A stretch of 62,733 nt of DNA, filler included, from Choristocarpus tenellus KU-1152 (lineage: Eukaryota; Protista; Phaeophyceae): the NCBI GenBank assembly GCA_964200185.2. It is 9 parts of 9 records of this genome, joined end to end, with 100 filler letters (N's around TTAATTAATTAA, not from the genome) between each part and the next. Parts side by side here need not be neighbours in the genome. Positions count along the whole stretch, not along the records: positions 1 to 7,569 come from CAXNAD020005949.1; positions 7,670 to 14,895 come from CAXNAD020006508.1; 7 more parts are not named here. One strand, 5' to 3'. A program made the position numbers and the translations under genes. The notes under the pieces are model-generated. The model was given only the letters and a program-made list of their open reading frames with translations, searched no databases and was not told the DNA's origin. Below are positions 1 to 12,730 of this stretch, in pieces; the stretch's first letter is position 1; the number at the start of each line of letters is the position of its first letter.

Positions 1-26
1 CACCCCCCCCCCAGATAGTTTGGACC
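1..26 (+). mobile_element. MITE family B, right-end fragment
   Basis: CACCCCCCCCCCAGATAGTTTGGACC resembles the family B right TIR (…CCCCAGATACTTTGACCC). Confidence 0.5.
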
Positions 27-248
27 ATGACAACGTAACACCTCTACAAGTCCGTATATGATTTCCTGAACCATCAGTGTTATAGTGTAATTTACTTCTG
101 GTCTCCCTCTAATGGTTACTGCTGCTGTATGCCCTTATCAACACACTGGGCGATCTGGGGGCCAGAAAGAAGAGCAATCCCTGCTGATTCTGCATCCAAC
201 ATCTGCTGATGCCACAGAAACCTTAGGACGATATAGTACATACATACA

Positions 249-1307
249 TTCCCTCTGTCCCATAAGTCTGCGAGGTAAAGGAGGTAACTTCTCGAGACGA
301 CCTCCGATGAGAAAACGTTTTTTCGTTGGATTCCTTAAAGAGGCTCTATCACACCGTACATGCTCTTAACTCCCTTCACAAGGTAGTCTATCGTACCGTA
401 ACGCTCCCTCCAAACTCTACCTTTTAGGGATGCAAACAACCTCAAATCGCTGATATTGAGATCCGGTGATTGCGCAGGCTGCGTTACAGCTTGAGGTTCC
501 GCCTCCCCCTCCTTCCCAGCTTTGTTGAGCTTCCACGGCGTGTCTTTTCCCGTATTGACAGTCGCTCTGTCTGGCTGTGCAACCACCTCCTCACCCTCCA
601 ACCACGGCACTTTTCCTTCAATGCGGAGGGGAAAATCTCCACCTATCATTCCCGGTACCGCTCAGGATTGATGGTCACATCGAAGCCATACTGTTGACCC
701 CTCTCGCGTCAGGCCAAATTTCTCTGTGCCTGCTTGATAATGCAGACACGCCAGATTCCGATCTTACCATTGAAATCACAGGAAGGATTTGGGAGTGAAA
801 AGGCGCAGATGAACACCACCTTAGGTACGTGACTCTTGTGTTGCAGCTTGGTGGAGCCCACCCTTTCCTCCCTGAGGAACATGCGGACGCGCTCCCCGTC
901 ACAGATGAGGTAGAACCATGGTTCATTGATATGAATCGTGTTGAGGACGCTTCTGTAGGGGTTCTTGCTGCTTGGCTACGGGACTTACGTTGCAGATGGC
1001 CCGGAGGCTAAATGAGAGTCGTACGGCTCTTGGTGAGGTGCTGAGATATTGTTTGAAGATAGGGGGGCGTTGTACCCGCTGTAACACTGAAAAATGGAGC
1101 CGACAAAACGACCTTTTTCTGTTCCACTTCTCGGAACAAAATCAGAACTATTTCGGAACAGAATTAAAAAAAAACTACCCTCCAAATAACGGTATCCACA
1201 GCTTCAATTTGAATTATTTATCACTAGGAAAGTCTTCGTATTCGTGAAGAAACAGCAAAACAAAAAGTGAAAATTCATAACGTCGCAGACTTACGGGACA
1301 GAGGAAG
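249..1307 (-). mobile_element. Mariner-like (DD39D/plant-oomycete type) DNA transposon, defective and internally deleted
   Basis: 25-bp TIRs TTCCCTCTGTCCCATAAGTCTGCGA (249-273) and TCGCAGACTTACGGGACAGAGGAAG (1283-1307) match at 22/25 and resemble the Stowaway CTCCCTC.GT terminus. TA follows the right TIR; CA precedes the left. Confidence 0.85.
335..1011 (-). pseudogene. Tc1/mariner transposase remnant
   Basis: Minus-strand frames give HINEPWFY (HVDEKWFY with D>N), QHKSHVPKVVF, FNGKIGIW, QPDRA and QPAQSPDLNISD, interrupted by stops and frameshifts. Confidence 0.85.
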
Positions 1308-1723
1308 TATACATACAGAGAGGTGGAGATAATATTGGTACACATCTCGAAACCCCCTCCTACCTTTTTCAACTCCTTATCAGTCTCCTCCAGCCCTCAA
1401 TGTATTCAGCACAAATGTCGCATCTGAATGTGGTTAGCTCTAGCAACTGTGCCACCCTCCTCTTTGACTCTTATCTGTTTATATAGGACATTCCACACAA
1501 GTGCCTTTCTGGCATGCAACTTGTCAAGCGAAAAATATTGTTCAGAATGAGTATTTCAAACGAACTCTGCTCTGCTGGTTTTTCTGTAGCAAGCTTGAAT
1601 GACACTCACAAACACACACATAACCTGATACACAGAGAATACTTTTTAGTGTTCATTGCTAACTGTTGTTTCTATCTACACCTCCTTCCCCCCCCCACAT
1701 CCCATACTCCACTTGTAAGTCAG

Positions 1724-4700
1724 GCTTGGTGGGTCGCTCAGATGCTCTTTATTATGGGCAGGGGATTGGAGGAGGCATCTTTGATCACTCTCAGCGGGAT
1801 GGTGAAGGCAATAGTCTCCTGGCTATCACGGCTATAGCAGGATCTCTTCATTTGGTGCGAACATACCTACAGAAGGGCATGGACATCAACGCTGTGAATC
1901 ACAAGTGGGTGTAGTGTGGGGTATGGGGACTGGAGGGGAATTGAGCTAAGTTTGTTTGAGTATGAGAGATGTGGGAAGGTGGTTGGGGATTGAGTTTTTC
2001 GACTTTTTTTGCAAATCAAGGGGCGTTTGTAGTTGTCACTGGACTCAAGTTTCGGTCAGTTTAGTGTAAGGAGTTGGTTGCTAGAGAGTTTGAAAGGCGG
2101 CTGAGATTAGCTAGGCAATGATTGGGGAGATCGGCAGACTAGAAGGAGATAATAAGGTTTGTTGGCGGGGCGTTTCTGTGGGGTCTAGGATGTTGCTGTG
2201 GGGTCTGATTGAATGGGCTGATTGATGATGCGAATGAAAGCATTGATTGGTGTGTTTATTGCAAAGATTTGACATGTCTTCAGAGGTTTGTTGAGGTTCT
2301 TGTGGGGAGTTGTGGAGAGCAATTAGAAAAAGACTAAAGTGGATCGATGAGCTCTTAAACTGCAGACTATTTTCAAGTGAGGGTAAGTATCGGAGTAAAT
2401 GGGGATTCCGTAATGGTTTGCCAATGTCTTGGGAGGCTTTGTTGGCTGGCGAGGATTTGAGGAGATTCGGGTTTGGGGATTGAGAGTGCAAGGATTCGCA
2501 GAGTTGTAATGAACTGTCAAGTAGTTGGAGGCGATTGGGAGCATTTGAGACCAGCAAGATTATGTAGGTCTGGAGGGGTTGAGAATGTTACACCCCTTTT
2601 TTATATTGAGTGGCATAGTTGTAGTTAGTTGTGTTGAAGATGGCAAGGTGAAATGTAAGCGTAGGGTAGGATATAGTGGAGCAAGCTGTTGGGCATAATG
2701 AAAGAAATAGGTACAGTCCTGGAACTCGGGAAGGTGATCCGGTAGGCATGATAGCCAGGAATATTCTAATTCACGTCCTTGACACCTGTTTGCCACGTTT
2801 TGTTGATTCTGAGCCAGTTGCAGGGGCATCAAATTGTGGCTAGTTGAGAGTGTTGAGCGATGTAAACCTCATCCAGGGGGCCACAAATCATGCAGAAACG
2901 TGTGTTTTATCATATGATGTTGCCGTTAGTATATGTGAGGGAAGGCTCAGAAAGGCTTCCTCAAATGTATATGATACAAAGATAAGACACTCACCTTCAG
3001 TATTTCTGAACCAGGTGTCGCATTATGGCAAATAGTTTTTTTTTGCACTTTTTTTGTCTTTCATTTGCTTGATACTAAGTTTGAAAATAAGCTTAAATTC
3101 CATTTAACTCATTTCAAGGTGCTTGTCACCTCTGAAGAGGCTCATATATGGCTGTCCCTTCTAACTTGATGTCCTGTGCAGGGGAGAAACAGCCTTGCAC
3201 CTGGCCATGTCAAGACGGCACCTTGAAGTGGTGGACTTTCTGGTAACTCAACCGAATCTTCAGCTTGGTGAGGGTGAGATTTGTAGTTACTGGCTGATTC
3301 TTCGACTGACCTTCCCAATCTATGTACATGTGTACAACATAGACCTTAAAAATATTTCTAGTCAAGGACGTTTTATTTTTGTGTAAGAGTAGAGGAAAGC
3401 CAGTAACACAATACGTGAGAAAATATGAAAAACACTGCAGAAAAAGTCCACTTACCGGGTGGCAGGGAATGGAAACCAAGAAAACCCAGGCATAAAGAGC
3501 CAGCACCCAATAGGTGGGACAGGACATCATAAATGTCATCAATTTCCAGGTCCTACAGGAAAATGGGAAAATATATATATTGTCACACCAACCCTAACGC
3601 CACTTGTAACATGCTTCAAAGTATCACACAAAGGAGAGAGGAATGCAAGAATAATAACCGAAATGAAGGAGACAATGATAACGAGGACACTCGGGAGGTA
3701 GTGGTGAGTGTACATGTGACCTGATTGATTTGACGGGGCTGCCGTAGCTGTTGCTTCTTGGATGTGATGTTCTCCAGCAATAACAGCTTCCCTGGAATAT
3801 CATCTGCCCATTAAGCTGTTTGTTCGATTAACCTTATAGTATATGGAAAGTACGCCTTTCAGTTAGTCAGATATTTTGAAGGAGTTGTGCTCTTCGACGT
3901 TCAGGTATTGCAAAAGTGTAGTATGGTTTTTTCCTTGCTAATGACAACTTCACCCCCTCTCTATTTCAAAACAATAAAACAAGAAAAGGTCTTGAAGGAA
4001 AGAGCCTCCTGCATGAGGCAGCGTCATTGGGCCTTCACTACCTCACTGCTCAACTTGTCCACAGATTAGACGTAAATGGTGTGGATCCTGTGAATGGTTG
4101 GTCTCCTTTGCATTACGCCTGCCACAATGGGTGAGTAAGTAAGTTAGAGCTTCTTTAACCGTCTAGTCGAAAGAAGAGAACCCTGACCACTTCATGAGGG
4201 ATTCTTCTTTGTAGAAATTAAGAAATGTACACAGCACAGCACAGCATCAGCAAGCCTGCAGTTGACTCAATGGAATGTTCTGGATGTTGAGTGACACATG
4301 AATGTGCTCAGAGAGGAGCTCAATTTTTGTGTTGTCAAATCTAATACCCAAGTTTCTTATCAGCGTTGGTCTGACTCTCAGTAGAGCAATGTGGTCTCTT
4401 ATCCATAAATGTTGGCAGTTCATTGCACAACCAGCACAATATGCTGGGGATCTGTTGAGAGCAGTTTGCATTCATGCACAGAGATCACGTCCGACAACTA
4501 AGACAACAGTTAAGCATTATTTCATCTTGGCACTTTCTTGGAGTGTGGAGAGGATAGAATAACCCAGATCCAGTCATAATGAGAGGGCAACTTATCTTAT
4601 ATAGCGCTGGACTACAATGGTTACTATAAAACCATATTTAAGCAAAACCATTCAATTAGATTAATCACCTTCCATAGTAAACAGAAGGGTTGAGGGCAAC

Positions 4701-5884
4701 ACATGACCAAAGGACTGGTGCTGTAATGATAAATCAAAGTACAGCAATAGTACATTTTAAGGTGATGCTAGGTGGAGTCTAGTTCAGCAGATGGCACTAT
4801 TTCAGAACATCGTTTCTAATAGGTTTAACACAATACATACTCCCACCCCCCTCACCTAGGTACACCTAACCCTCCTTGATCTCTCCTTTCCTTGCTTCCT
4901 AACTTGTGTTTCGCTGCTTTGGGTTCCCTTTGTAGTCATGAAGAGCTGGCCCGCCTTCTAACAAGTCATTCTAACATCCTTGTTGACCGAGCGGGGAGGG
5001 GAGGACTCACAGCCTTGCACCTAGCTGCAGCAGCAGCTTCAGAGAAGTGTGTGTCTAACCTCCTGGAAAACCAGGCCAACCCAGGCATCCGAGATGAAAA
5101 GGGGCAGGTCAGCTGTAGGTAGTATTGATGGTGTAATTTCTCTTACTCTCAAAGGTACTTTTTCTCACTTCATTTATTTAAATTAATTACTTTACCAAGT
5201 GCTTCGAGAATAGTCACATCACCTTGGCAATATGTTTCCAATAGCTTTCAAAGAAATTATTATCTCATTGAGCAGGCCCAGTGGGTAGCACTCTTGAAAT
5301 ATACAGTAGTATATAAGTGAAGACTAGGGTCAAGTCCGGTATCTCCTTACCACCTACCCTCTCGATCCCCACCTACCCACTCTGTTCAGGTACCTGCAGT
5401 AACTGCTATGCTCCACGGCAATGGAACAGCTGCCAACCTCATCCTAGAAGTCTGTTTGAAGAACAACATTCGAAAAAAACCGCCAAGCAGCACACGTCGT
5501 GGTGCATGGCAGAAGAGATCAATAACTGTTCTCAAAGCTGCTGGATCCCTGTCTACCTCAAGATTCCCCCATGTTGCCAAAACTTCAACTCTGGGACAGG
5601 GATCCCCAAATGCTGATACTATTGTTGGAGCTGGGCCCAAGGCTGGGGGGAGTGAGGATGTTCGCAAGGCATCCTTGTCTAAGAATGGAGGGGGAGGGGA
5701 GTCACCCCCAGCTTTGCACCTCTGTGTAGTAGAGATCACTGAGAATGCCTCGGAAGATACAGCAGAGTCGAAGGCAATGCCTGAGGCGGGGCAGGTGGCA
5801 ACTGGGACTGAGGATCAAGGGATGAAAGTGCCATCAGAGGAGTCTTCTCCTGGGAGACGGGCCTCAATTATTGTGGGTTTAGAG
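1724..5884 (+). CDS. Ankyrin-repeat protein, multi-exon, partial (exons 1724-1904, 3182-3267, 4070-4130, 4936-5107, 5390-5884; further exons possible near 6371-6435 and 7062-7396)
   Basis: GT-AG junctions with matching phases splice into canonical ANK motifs: DINAVNHK|GETALHLAM, DVNGVDPVNGWSPLHYACHNG|HEELARLL and GGLTALHLAAAAASEKCVSNLLENQANP. Start and end are not resolved. Confidence 0.88.
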
Positions 5885-7449
5885 GTAAGCAGCAAGAACC
5901 AGGGTAAGAGTATCAGTATGGTTTTCCAGCGTTTATTTTCTCGTTTTGCTGTGTTGCCCTGCTACCATAAGCGGCTGTTCCACACCCATGTTGAAGGCAC
6001 TCTGCTCTTAATTTGCTGTGCGTTCCTCATTGCAAAAGTGAAAGTGGTTGTCAGAGAATATTCAATAATTCAGGAACAGGAGGAAAACACTTGGGGGCAA
6101 TGAAGAAACATATCTTCACTTCACACCTCACAAAAAAACTTCAAAACACCTCACAATGCATTTTCAGTTTGCTATGTGAAGTCAAGGAAGGACATGTCAT
6201 GATCTGTGGAGGGTGAAACTTGAGTACAACATTGAAAAACACATGACAAACCGGATTGGTCTAAAGTTGAGGAATTACCCTCCTCCCAGTAATTGTACCT
6301 GTGGCAAGCCCACACTGGATTCCTCCATTCCTCTCTGAATACCATTCCTTGGCCATCCCACGTTGCTCAGGATACCCTTCATGGAGAAATCCTGGAGGAG
6401 TTGTCTCCTGATCTCTGGGACGACAACGACATCAGGTGAACAGAGTGGACTGGTCTAGCATGAGCTCCACAGACTCTGGTCAGGGTAGATGTTTTTCTGT
6501 CTCGCTGACCACTTCTTCACGCATATATTTTCCTAACCCAGACCCTAACCCTTTAAACCCATTGGAAAGGGATGGAATAGGGGAGAGATTTGGTGAACCT
6601 TGCGATCAACTAGGATGGTCTGTGATTTCTGCGCTAGATGTAATTTAAGAAAAGTACTCTAGGGAGGGGGTTCCGTTGTTGTCAAGGGAATGCTTTGCTG
6701 TGCCACATGAGTGATACCTATGTGGGGAAAAAAATCTTGCAAAAATGCTTTCTGGTATATTCAGTACTTCAAATTAGACATTGCGCTTACGTAAGGAAAC
6801 ATTCCTAATAGCTCACCTATCAATCACTGGACCCTTCATCAAACCTCCAACCGATCTCTGATCTCTCTATGTCAAAAGTACTTTAGTGTTAGAAGTTCTG
6901 TGTATGATTTGTTTTTCTGACATGAGCGCCTTGTTAGGTTGAGGCCGTAGTAGAAACCTCCCAAATACGACTTGATGGTTGTTAATCTCCAACAGTAGAC
7001 AGAAGGTCTTGGGGATACACCACAGTTTAATCATTTGTGTTCAAATATTTTTCTTGACCAGCAAACCCTTAGTCCTGCACAGAGTGGTACACCAGATGCC
7101 TCCCTGCTGACTCCTGTCCTCACAACTCTGAACTCCACTTGACATGATCGACCATTCTCCTCTGAATCTCGGTCTTTTCTCCTATTCTTGTCTCCATGTA
7201 TCCACCAGTTTCCATGCTGATCCTACCCTACCTCCCTCAGCTCCCTTCCATATTTCTTCTGCCTCCTCATGAACAACCACATCATCTGATAATGACTCAG
7301 GAATGCAATGTTGCTGGCGGAGCGAGGCAAGGTGTGGTGCCTGTGCAGCCTCCTTGCATTGGGGTTGGATCCGTATTGCACACACCCGGAAACCGGTAAG
7401 TACACTAAATTTTCGGCCTGTTCGCAACACTCTTTCTACTAGTGCGTGT

Positions 7450-7462
7450 GGGTCAAAGTATC

Positions 7463-7493
<31 letters not shown>

Positions 7494-7569
7494 GGCCCTA
7501 GGACGGGAGGGAAACCGTCCTACACACCGTCACCCCCCAAATTTGGTTTCCGCCTTTTTTTTTAAAAAA
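7450..7569 (+). mobile_element. MITE family B, partial at contig end
   Basis: GGGTCAAAGTATCT followed by poly-G, the same TIR as 33299-33479. Confidence 0.7.
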
Positions 7570-7669
7570 NNNNNNNNNNNNNNNNNNNNNNNNNNNNNNN
7601 NNNNNNNNNNNNNTTAATTAATTAANNNNNNNNNNNNNNNNNNNNNNNNNNNNNNNNNNNNNNNNNNNN
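7570..7669. other. Artificial contig spacer (also 14896-14995, 35432-35531, 39632-39731, 44311-44410, 52082-52181, 56028-56127, 59595-59694)
   Basis: Identical 100-nt N-run/TTAATTAATTAA/N-run blocks that place stop codons in all six frames. Confidence 0.97.
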
Positions 7670-8288
7670 GTATCAAGCCAAATTTCACTTTTATACATAG
7701 AGGTTGTCAACCGTGTACTGCAGCCCTTGCACCGATGCTTCAACCTGTTTTAACCCAGAACCCCTCGCCCGCTGTCTGTGCAGCCTTAAATACCGAACCT
7801 TCTTCCGTTCCCAGATCTTAGCAAATGGCATTGTAGTACAAAGGAAAGTTCTGAGATGGATACTTCGAGCCACATTGGTTCTATAGGCTGAAGTCCTTAG
7901 AAAAGACAAAATCACTGAACTCACTACTTTTTTTTTTTTCCTCTTTTCTATTTTGTAACAACTCTCTGTGATCTTGAATCCTTATGTTTTTCTAATGTTA
8001 TTTATTTTTAGTTCTCATCCCATCATCCCCTGATTTTTAAATTTCATTTTCTTTTCACAGTTGTTGCCCTCCTTATTTACTAACTTTTCTTTTCTTTTCT
8101 TTTTTTCTTCCCTTTTACTGTTTGTTCTTTTATTTTCTTTTATTTTCTATTCAGTTTCCACTTTGTTACCCTCATCATCCTCTCATTTTTTTTTCTTTCT
8201 ATTTATTGCTCATTTTATCTTTATTTCTTCTCTTTATTTATTATTAGTACTGTTTATTGCTCTCATTGAACCTTTTTTTTTCATTGCC

Positions 8289-8930
8289 TGTTTTGCACAC
8301 TAGCAGCCTTGAGTATGCTTTGTGCATGGGGGGCATAGGACGGACAGGCAATAATTAGATGCTGTGTAGGTCATGAATAATGTAAGTCTAATCCTTGATA
8401 GCACTTACATTTATATAACCGGGAAGATTGGAACGAAAGACACACAAATTATATGCCCAATCATAGCTATGTATTTTGTAACTTTTGAATGTCCAGTTCA
8501 AAAGAAACAAGGTATAGTCGGACTAGGCCAGGGGCAATCTGACTCTAATGTTATTCTGTGACCTTGGAAATTTTTCCCAGGTTAGACAAGGATATTTGCC
8601 GACCTGTTTTGAGGCTAGTTCGAGTTATATATATTTTTATAATAAAAGTATATACTCTTATCTGGTCAGACGTATATTGATCTTGACTGTGTCTTACGAC
8701 TTTTGAGGATCCGTTCTTGAAGGAAACGAGAGGATTGTTGATCATTGTTGGAATCCATGGGTTAATTTGGAACTTGAGTCCCTATGTTGGAGAAAACTGA
8801 CAGAGTCGGAACTGAAGGCCCTATATTACCAAATGGCAATTATGCATACCACCGCAGCATGATCTAAGGTGATGGATATTTCTTATCCAGAAAATGATTA
8901 TTGCCTGTGGAAAGCATGGAACAGTTAGTC
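8289..8930 (+). repeat. Diverged Gypsy-type 3' end (PPT plus LTR-like sequence), copy 1
   Basis: 8289-8360 aligns to 11483-11550 (…GCACTAGCAGCC…GGGGGGCA…GACAGGCAATAATT). About 8590-8930 aligns to about 12390-12730. Confidence 0.6.
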
Positions 8931-9302
8931 CCTGCATGGAACATAGGATAGCAAACGTTGGCAACATGAAGTAACTTACGTCAGAACAGATAGCAATTTA
9001 TGTAAGATGTTTTGCTTTAATATATATATATATATCACCCCACACTGTCCTCTTGCTCTCTCTGTGCGTTGGTAGATTTAGAACTAGAGTGTACTCCCCC
9101 CTCACATAATGAACCGAGTCTAGGTGTAACTCAAATGCTACTTCAGAGAACAGTTGATGCCACACTCTCAGGAATACTGTAAGCTCTGCAAGATTGCCAC
9201 ATGGGACCTGATAATCGAGACATAGGCGTTAGAGGTTGGTTACCACTCAGTAGTTCCCAGGATCAAAGTATGCCAGTGTGTAAACCCCTTTCCTCTGGTT
9301 AG

Positions 9303-11412
9303 ATGACCCCAGATAAAACACCTAGGGTAGACCCGACACACACCCCACAGCAACTCCTTCCCCCACTTAACGCCCCTAACACTTTTGGGTGGCAACCTTT
9401 AGACTCTACCCTCAAAGACAGGGTAGATATAAAAGGAAAAGCAGGAGAAGAGAAGCCACCTTACAAGAAAAGGCGCACAAGTACACCAAGGCCAAAGAAC
9501 AAGAAGGGCAGTGACAGGATAGTTCGAATGAGTGAGGTGGTTCAACACCACCCCACCCTCACGAGAGCAATGGCTACTCTATCGGATGTGCCAGAGCTAG
9601 TGGAGAGGCAGAAGAAAGAGCCCTTCTTGGACAGCATACAGGGTGTACTCGAAGGCCAAGAACACTGGATGTCGTCAATCGAATAGGGAAAAGGGAGTAT
9701 AGATGTGGAGTCATATTCCTTAGATGATAAAGAATTACTCTGGTACACCCCTGGAGAGTATGCAACTAGGCTAGCAGTTCCTCGTTCACTAGTGTCAGAC
9801 ATCATAGCACTAGTTCACCTGCAGACTAGTCATCAGGGAGTTGGACGCACAGTGGCCCTAACCCGTCGATACTTCTTTTGGCCCTCACTCCACAAAGACA
9901 CGGAGGATTATGTTTTATCCTGTGGCTGTCGCAGACGAAAGAGGATCAGGAGCGCGCAAGTGGCAATGCTGCCAGTCAAGTTCCTGGAACCATGGGAGGT
10001 ACTCGAGATGGATCTACAAGATGTAGGATATACCTCAGCAAAAGGCAACAATTATCTACTAATTGTGATTGATAGAGCTTTGAGATTCCCTTTTGCATCC
10101 CCAATGGCGTCGAAGGAAGCAACTGGAGTAGCAACAAACGTGCTAGAATTGTCGTACATTTGGGATCCCTCTGTCAATTCGTAGTGATGGAGGAGGGGAG
10201 TTCACAGGAGACATAATGAATCATCTTTGCCGTTGGCTAAAGGTCCCTATCAATAATGAACCAACTGGTAACTTGAGAGGACAAGGGGGAGTAGAAAAGG
10301 TGGGAGGCCAGCTTTTAGAAGTCCTGCCGGAACTATGTGTGAAGTGGCAAGATAGATGGGATGAGTACGTATCTCCAGCATGTTGGGCACAACGTACTAC
10401 TCCAGATTCCTCTGACCCGCTCAACCCCACCCCCTTCCGAATCTTGTTTGGCCGTGACCTCAGCACACAGCTAGATGCCGTTATACCGAAGTTGGATGGG
10501 GACATAGAGGTTGGAGGATTGGATTCCTTCATCGAGCAGCGTAGACAGAACTTCAGGGAGGTACGAGAAGTCCTGGAGAGAAGGATGTCCAATAGACAGA
10601 AGCACAGAAATAGAGCCAATGCTTTGATTACTAGGTCTTCCCCAGGGCTCGGATCCAAACCAGGTGACTTAGTCTTAGTAAAAGAAGCAGACAGCTCTAT
10701 TCATGGGGAAGTATTAGGTGAGACGAGAGTAGGCAGAAAGCTAGTCCATGAAAGATGGACAGGACCATGGACGGTGAAAGAAGTATCATATCAAAGTAGT
10801 AGCATGACAGTAGAGCTGCTAGGCAGGCAAACTCGCACTCGTACTGTTCATGCTTCTCATGTAAAACCATTCCACGTACGACCCACTCATCTAAGACATA
10901 GCTTCCAAGAGGAGTATGCTCAACTAGTATGGGAGTCGGACCTAGGCTTGTCAGAGCAATCTGTGGCAGCAACCCCCATGTACACTCTTATAGACAGAAA
11001 AGCAATATTGTCGCCATCCAATGTCTGGCATTGGGAGTACGGGGGAAAGTATCAGAATGGAGAATTGTCAGATTGGATTACCGAGAAAGAGGCTATGGAT
11101 AGCTTCACTCCATTACAGTTAGATGTCTTCCATGCCCTATGGAACCTCTACAATCCAGACACGAGCCCACGCCCTACAGACACCTCCCGCCAAGGAAAAT
11201 CCTTGTCTAGAGAGGATGCATTACGCCTTTTCCCCACAGGTACTACTGTCAAGAAGTCATGGAAAGATGAGAAGGGAAGGGATAAGTGGTACATAGGTAC
11301 AGTTTTTGACTTCAAGTCGCCCTACTGGAGGGTACAGTTTAATGATGGGGATTGGGAAGAAATGAACAAAAGTGAAATGAGTCGTTTCTCCCGAAAATAT
11401 TCCAACAAGTAA
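9303..11412 (+). pseudogene. Ty3/Gypsy pol integrase remnant with C-terminal chromodomain-like and Tudor-like modules
   Basis: Zinc finger VH..SH…SCGC. Catalytic D (LEMD), D (IRSDGGGEF) and E (GGVE) with D35E spacing. GPW motif and TVHASHVKPF. In-frame TAG at 9684-9686 and a frameshift near 10150. No RT or RNase H recognised upstream. Confidence 0.92.
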
Positions 11413-11482
11413 CCACTACGCATCCAGAAGGCAAGGTACTTGAGGACTAACCGATTTATAGGCTGACGTTGATGTTATGGCC

Positions 11483-12730
11483 TTTTTTGCGCACTAGCAG
11501 CCGTCAGTATGCTTCGTGCTGGGGGGCATGAGACAGGCAATAATTGGATGATACTTGGCACTCTAGGGAAGCTGTACTTTAGAGAGAATGAACATATCTT
11601 CAGAATTAGGCTAGACGCAGACAGATTTCCCCAAGTAGGATAGGGATACATGTTTAGACCTAATAGAATTTTGGCATAATTTTCTGCTCTTCCTTCTCCC
11701 TGCTACAGGATGATTTGAGGCGATTGATGATATCTATTGTCTTCACCAGTAACAATCACTTGTAGTAAACGTTGTAATATAGGATACATTTTTCTTTTGT
11801 TTTCTTTTTTCTTTTCTTATGTCCTTCATTTTACTATCCTGAAGTCCCAACCCAAAAGAACAGGCATATTTAGATTAGGCAGACACAATTCGAATAAGAG
11901 TACATCCTATGACCTTGTGGATGGACTCTTTTAAAAAGAATTGTGGAGATGAGAGTGAAAGTATCTTAGAGGGTACGAGTTTTGCCCGGTTTGTCCATTT
12001 GGGGCTTAACCGCCCGCAGGTTTTTAATGCCATTTTAGCTTCTCTGAAATATTTCTGAGTAGGTAAAATGTATACGTTATGAAAGGGAGTGTCCGGAACA
12101 AAGATAGTGACATCTCCTAACAAAAATGATAACCAAAATTACATCAAATCGCAACATTGGATTTTGGCCCCCAAATGGACACGGCTCTACCCTCTAAGAT
12201 ACTTTGGCACATGAATCGCATTTATGATTAAGGTGATCGGAACTGGGGACCCATTCATTTTAGGCCGTGCCAGAGATGTATACTTTGCAAATTTTTGAAG
12301 ATGTTTTAGAAAGAGCAAGTACATACTCAGACAAGCCGAGATGCAAATGATATTCTGTGCCTCTTAGGATAAATAATCCCAAGAAAAACATGGATATGTG
12401 TTGATCGATTCTGGACCTAGTTGAAGTTATATATTTTTAATAACGATATATACTCTGATTAGCTCAGACAGTTATTGATTCTGACTATGTCTTAAGACTT
12501 TTGAGGAAATATTATTCTCGAGAAGAAACTGGGAGATATATCAAATCATTGGCTGGAACTATCTGGAATTTGGAACCGAGGTCCCTGGGTTGGAAACAAC
12601 TGACAAGTTTGGAACTGGAGCCCCTCTTTTGTGTGATGGCAACTAACTCATGCTGCTACAGCGTGATCTGAGGTGACAGGTAATATCTATTGTCTTAACC
12701 GGTGACAATCGCCTGGGGTAAGCGCGAAAC
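11483..12730 (+). repeat. PPT and putative 3' LTR of the Gypsy element, interrupted by a MITE
   Basis: GGGGGGCA (11521-11528) followed by TG about 115 nt after the integrase stop. Homologous to 8289-8930. 11700-11770 is repeated at 12653-12725. Confidence 0.55.
11953..12210 (+). mobile_element. MITE family A (~255 bp, Sola2-like), full copy with 4-bp TSD ATGA
   Basis: TIRs GAGTGAAAGTATCTTAGAGGGTA … TACCCTCTAAGATACTTTGGCAC, with ATGA on both sides. Confidence 0.9.

Noticed and set aside
2111-2832. Minus-strand ORFs in the ankyrin intron, possibly a LINE fragment
   Set aside because: Strand-biased composition but no diagnostic RT or endonuclease motif.
7570-7669. Recurrent TTAATTAATTAA palindrome between N-runs
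   Set aside because: Artificial six-frame-stop linker used to concatenate contigs. ORFs running into it are artefacts.
7691-7924. 77-aa minus-strand ORF at contig start
   Set aside because: Could be an exon but has no recognisable homology.
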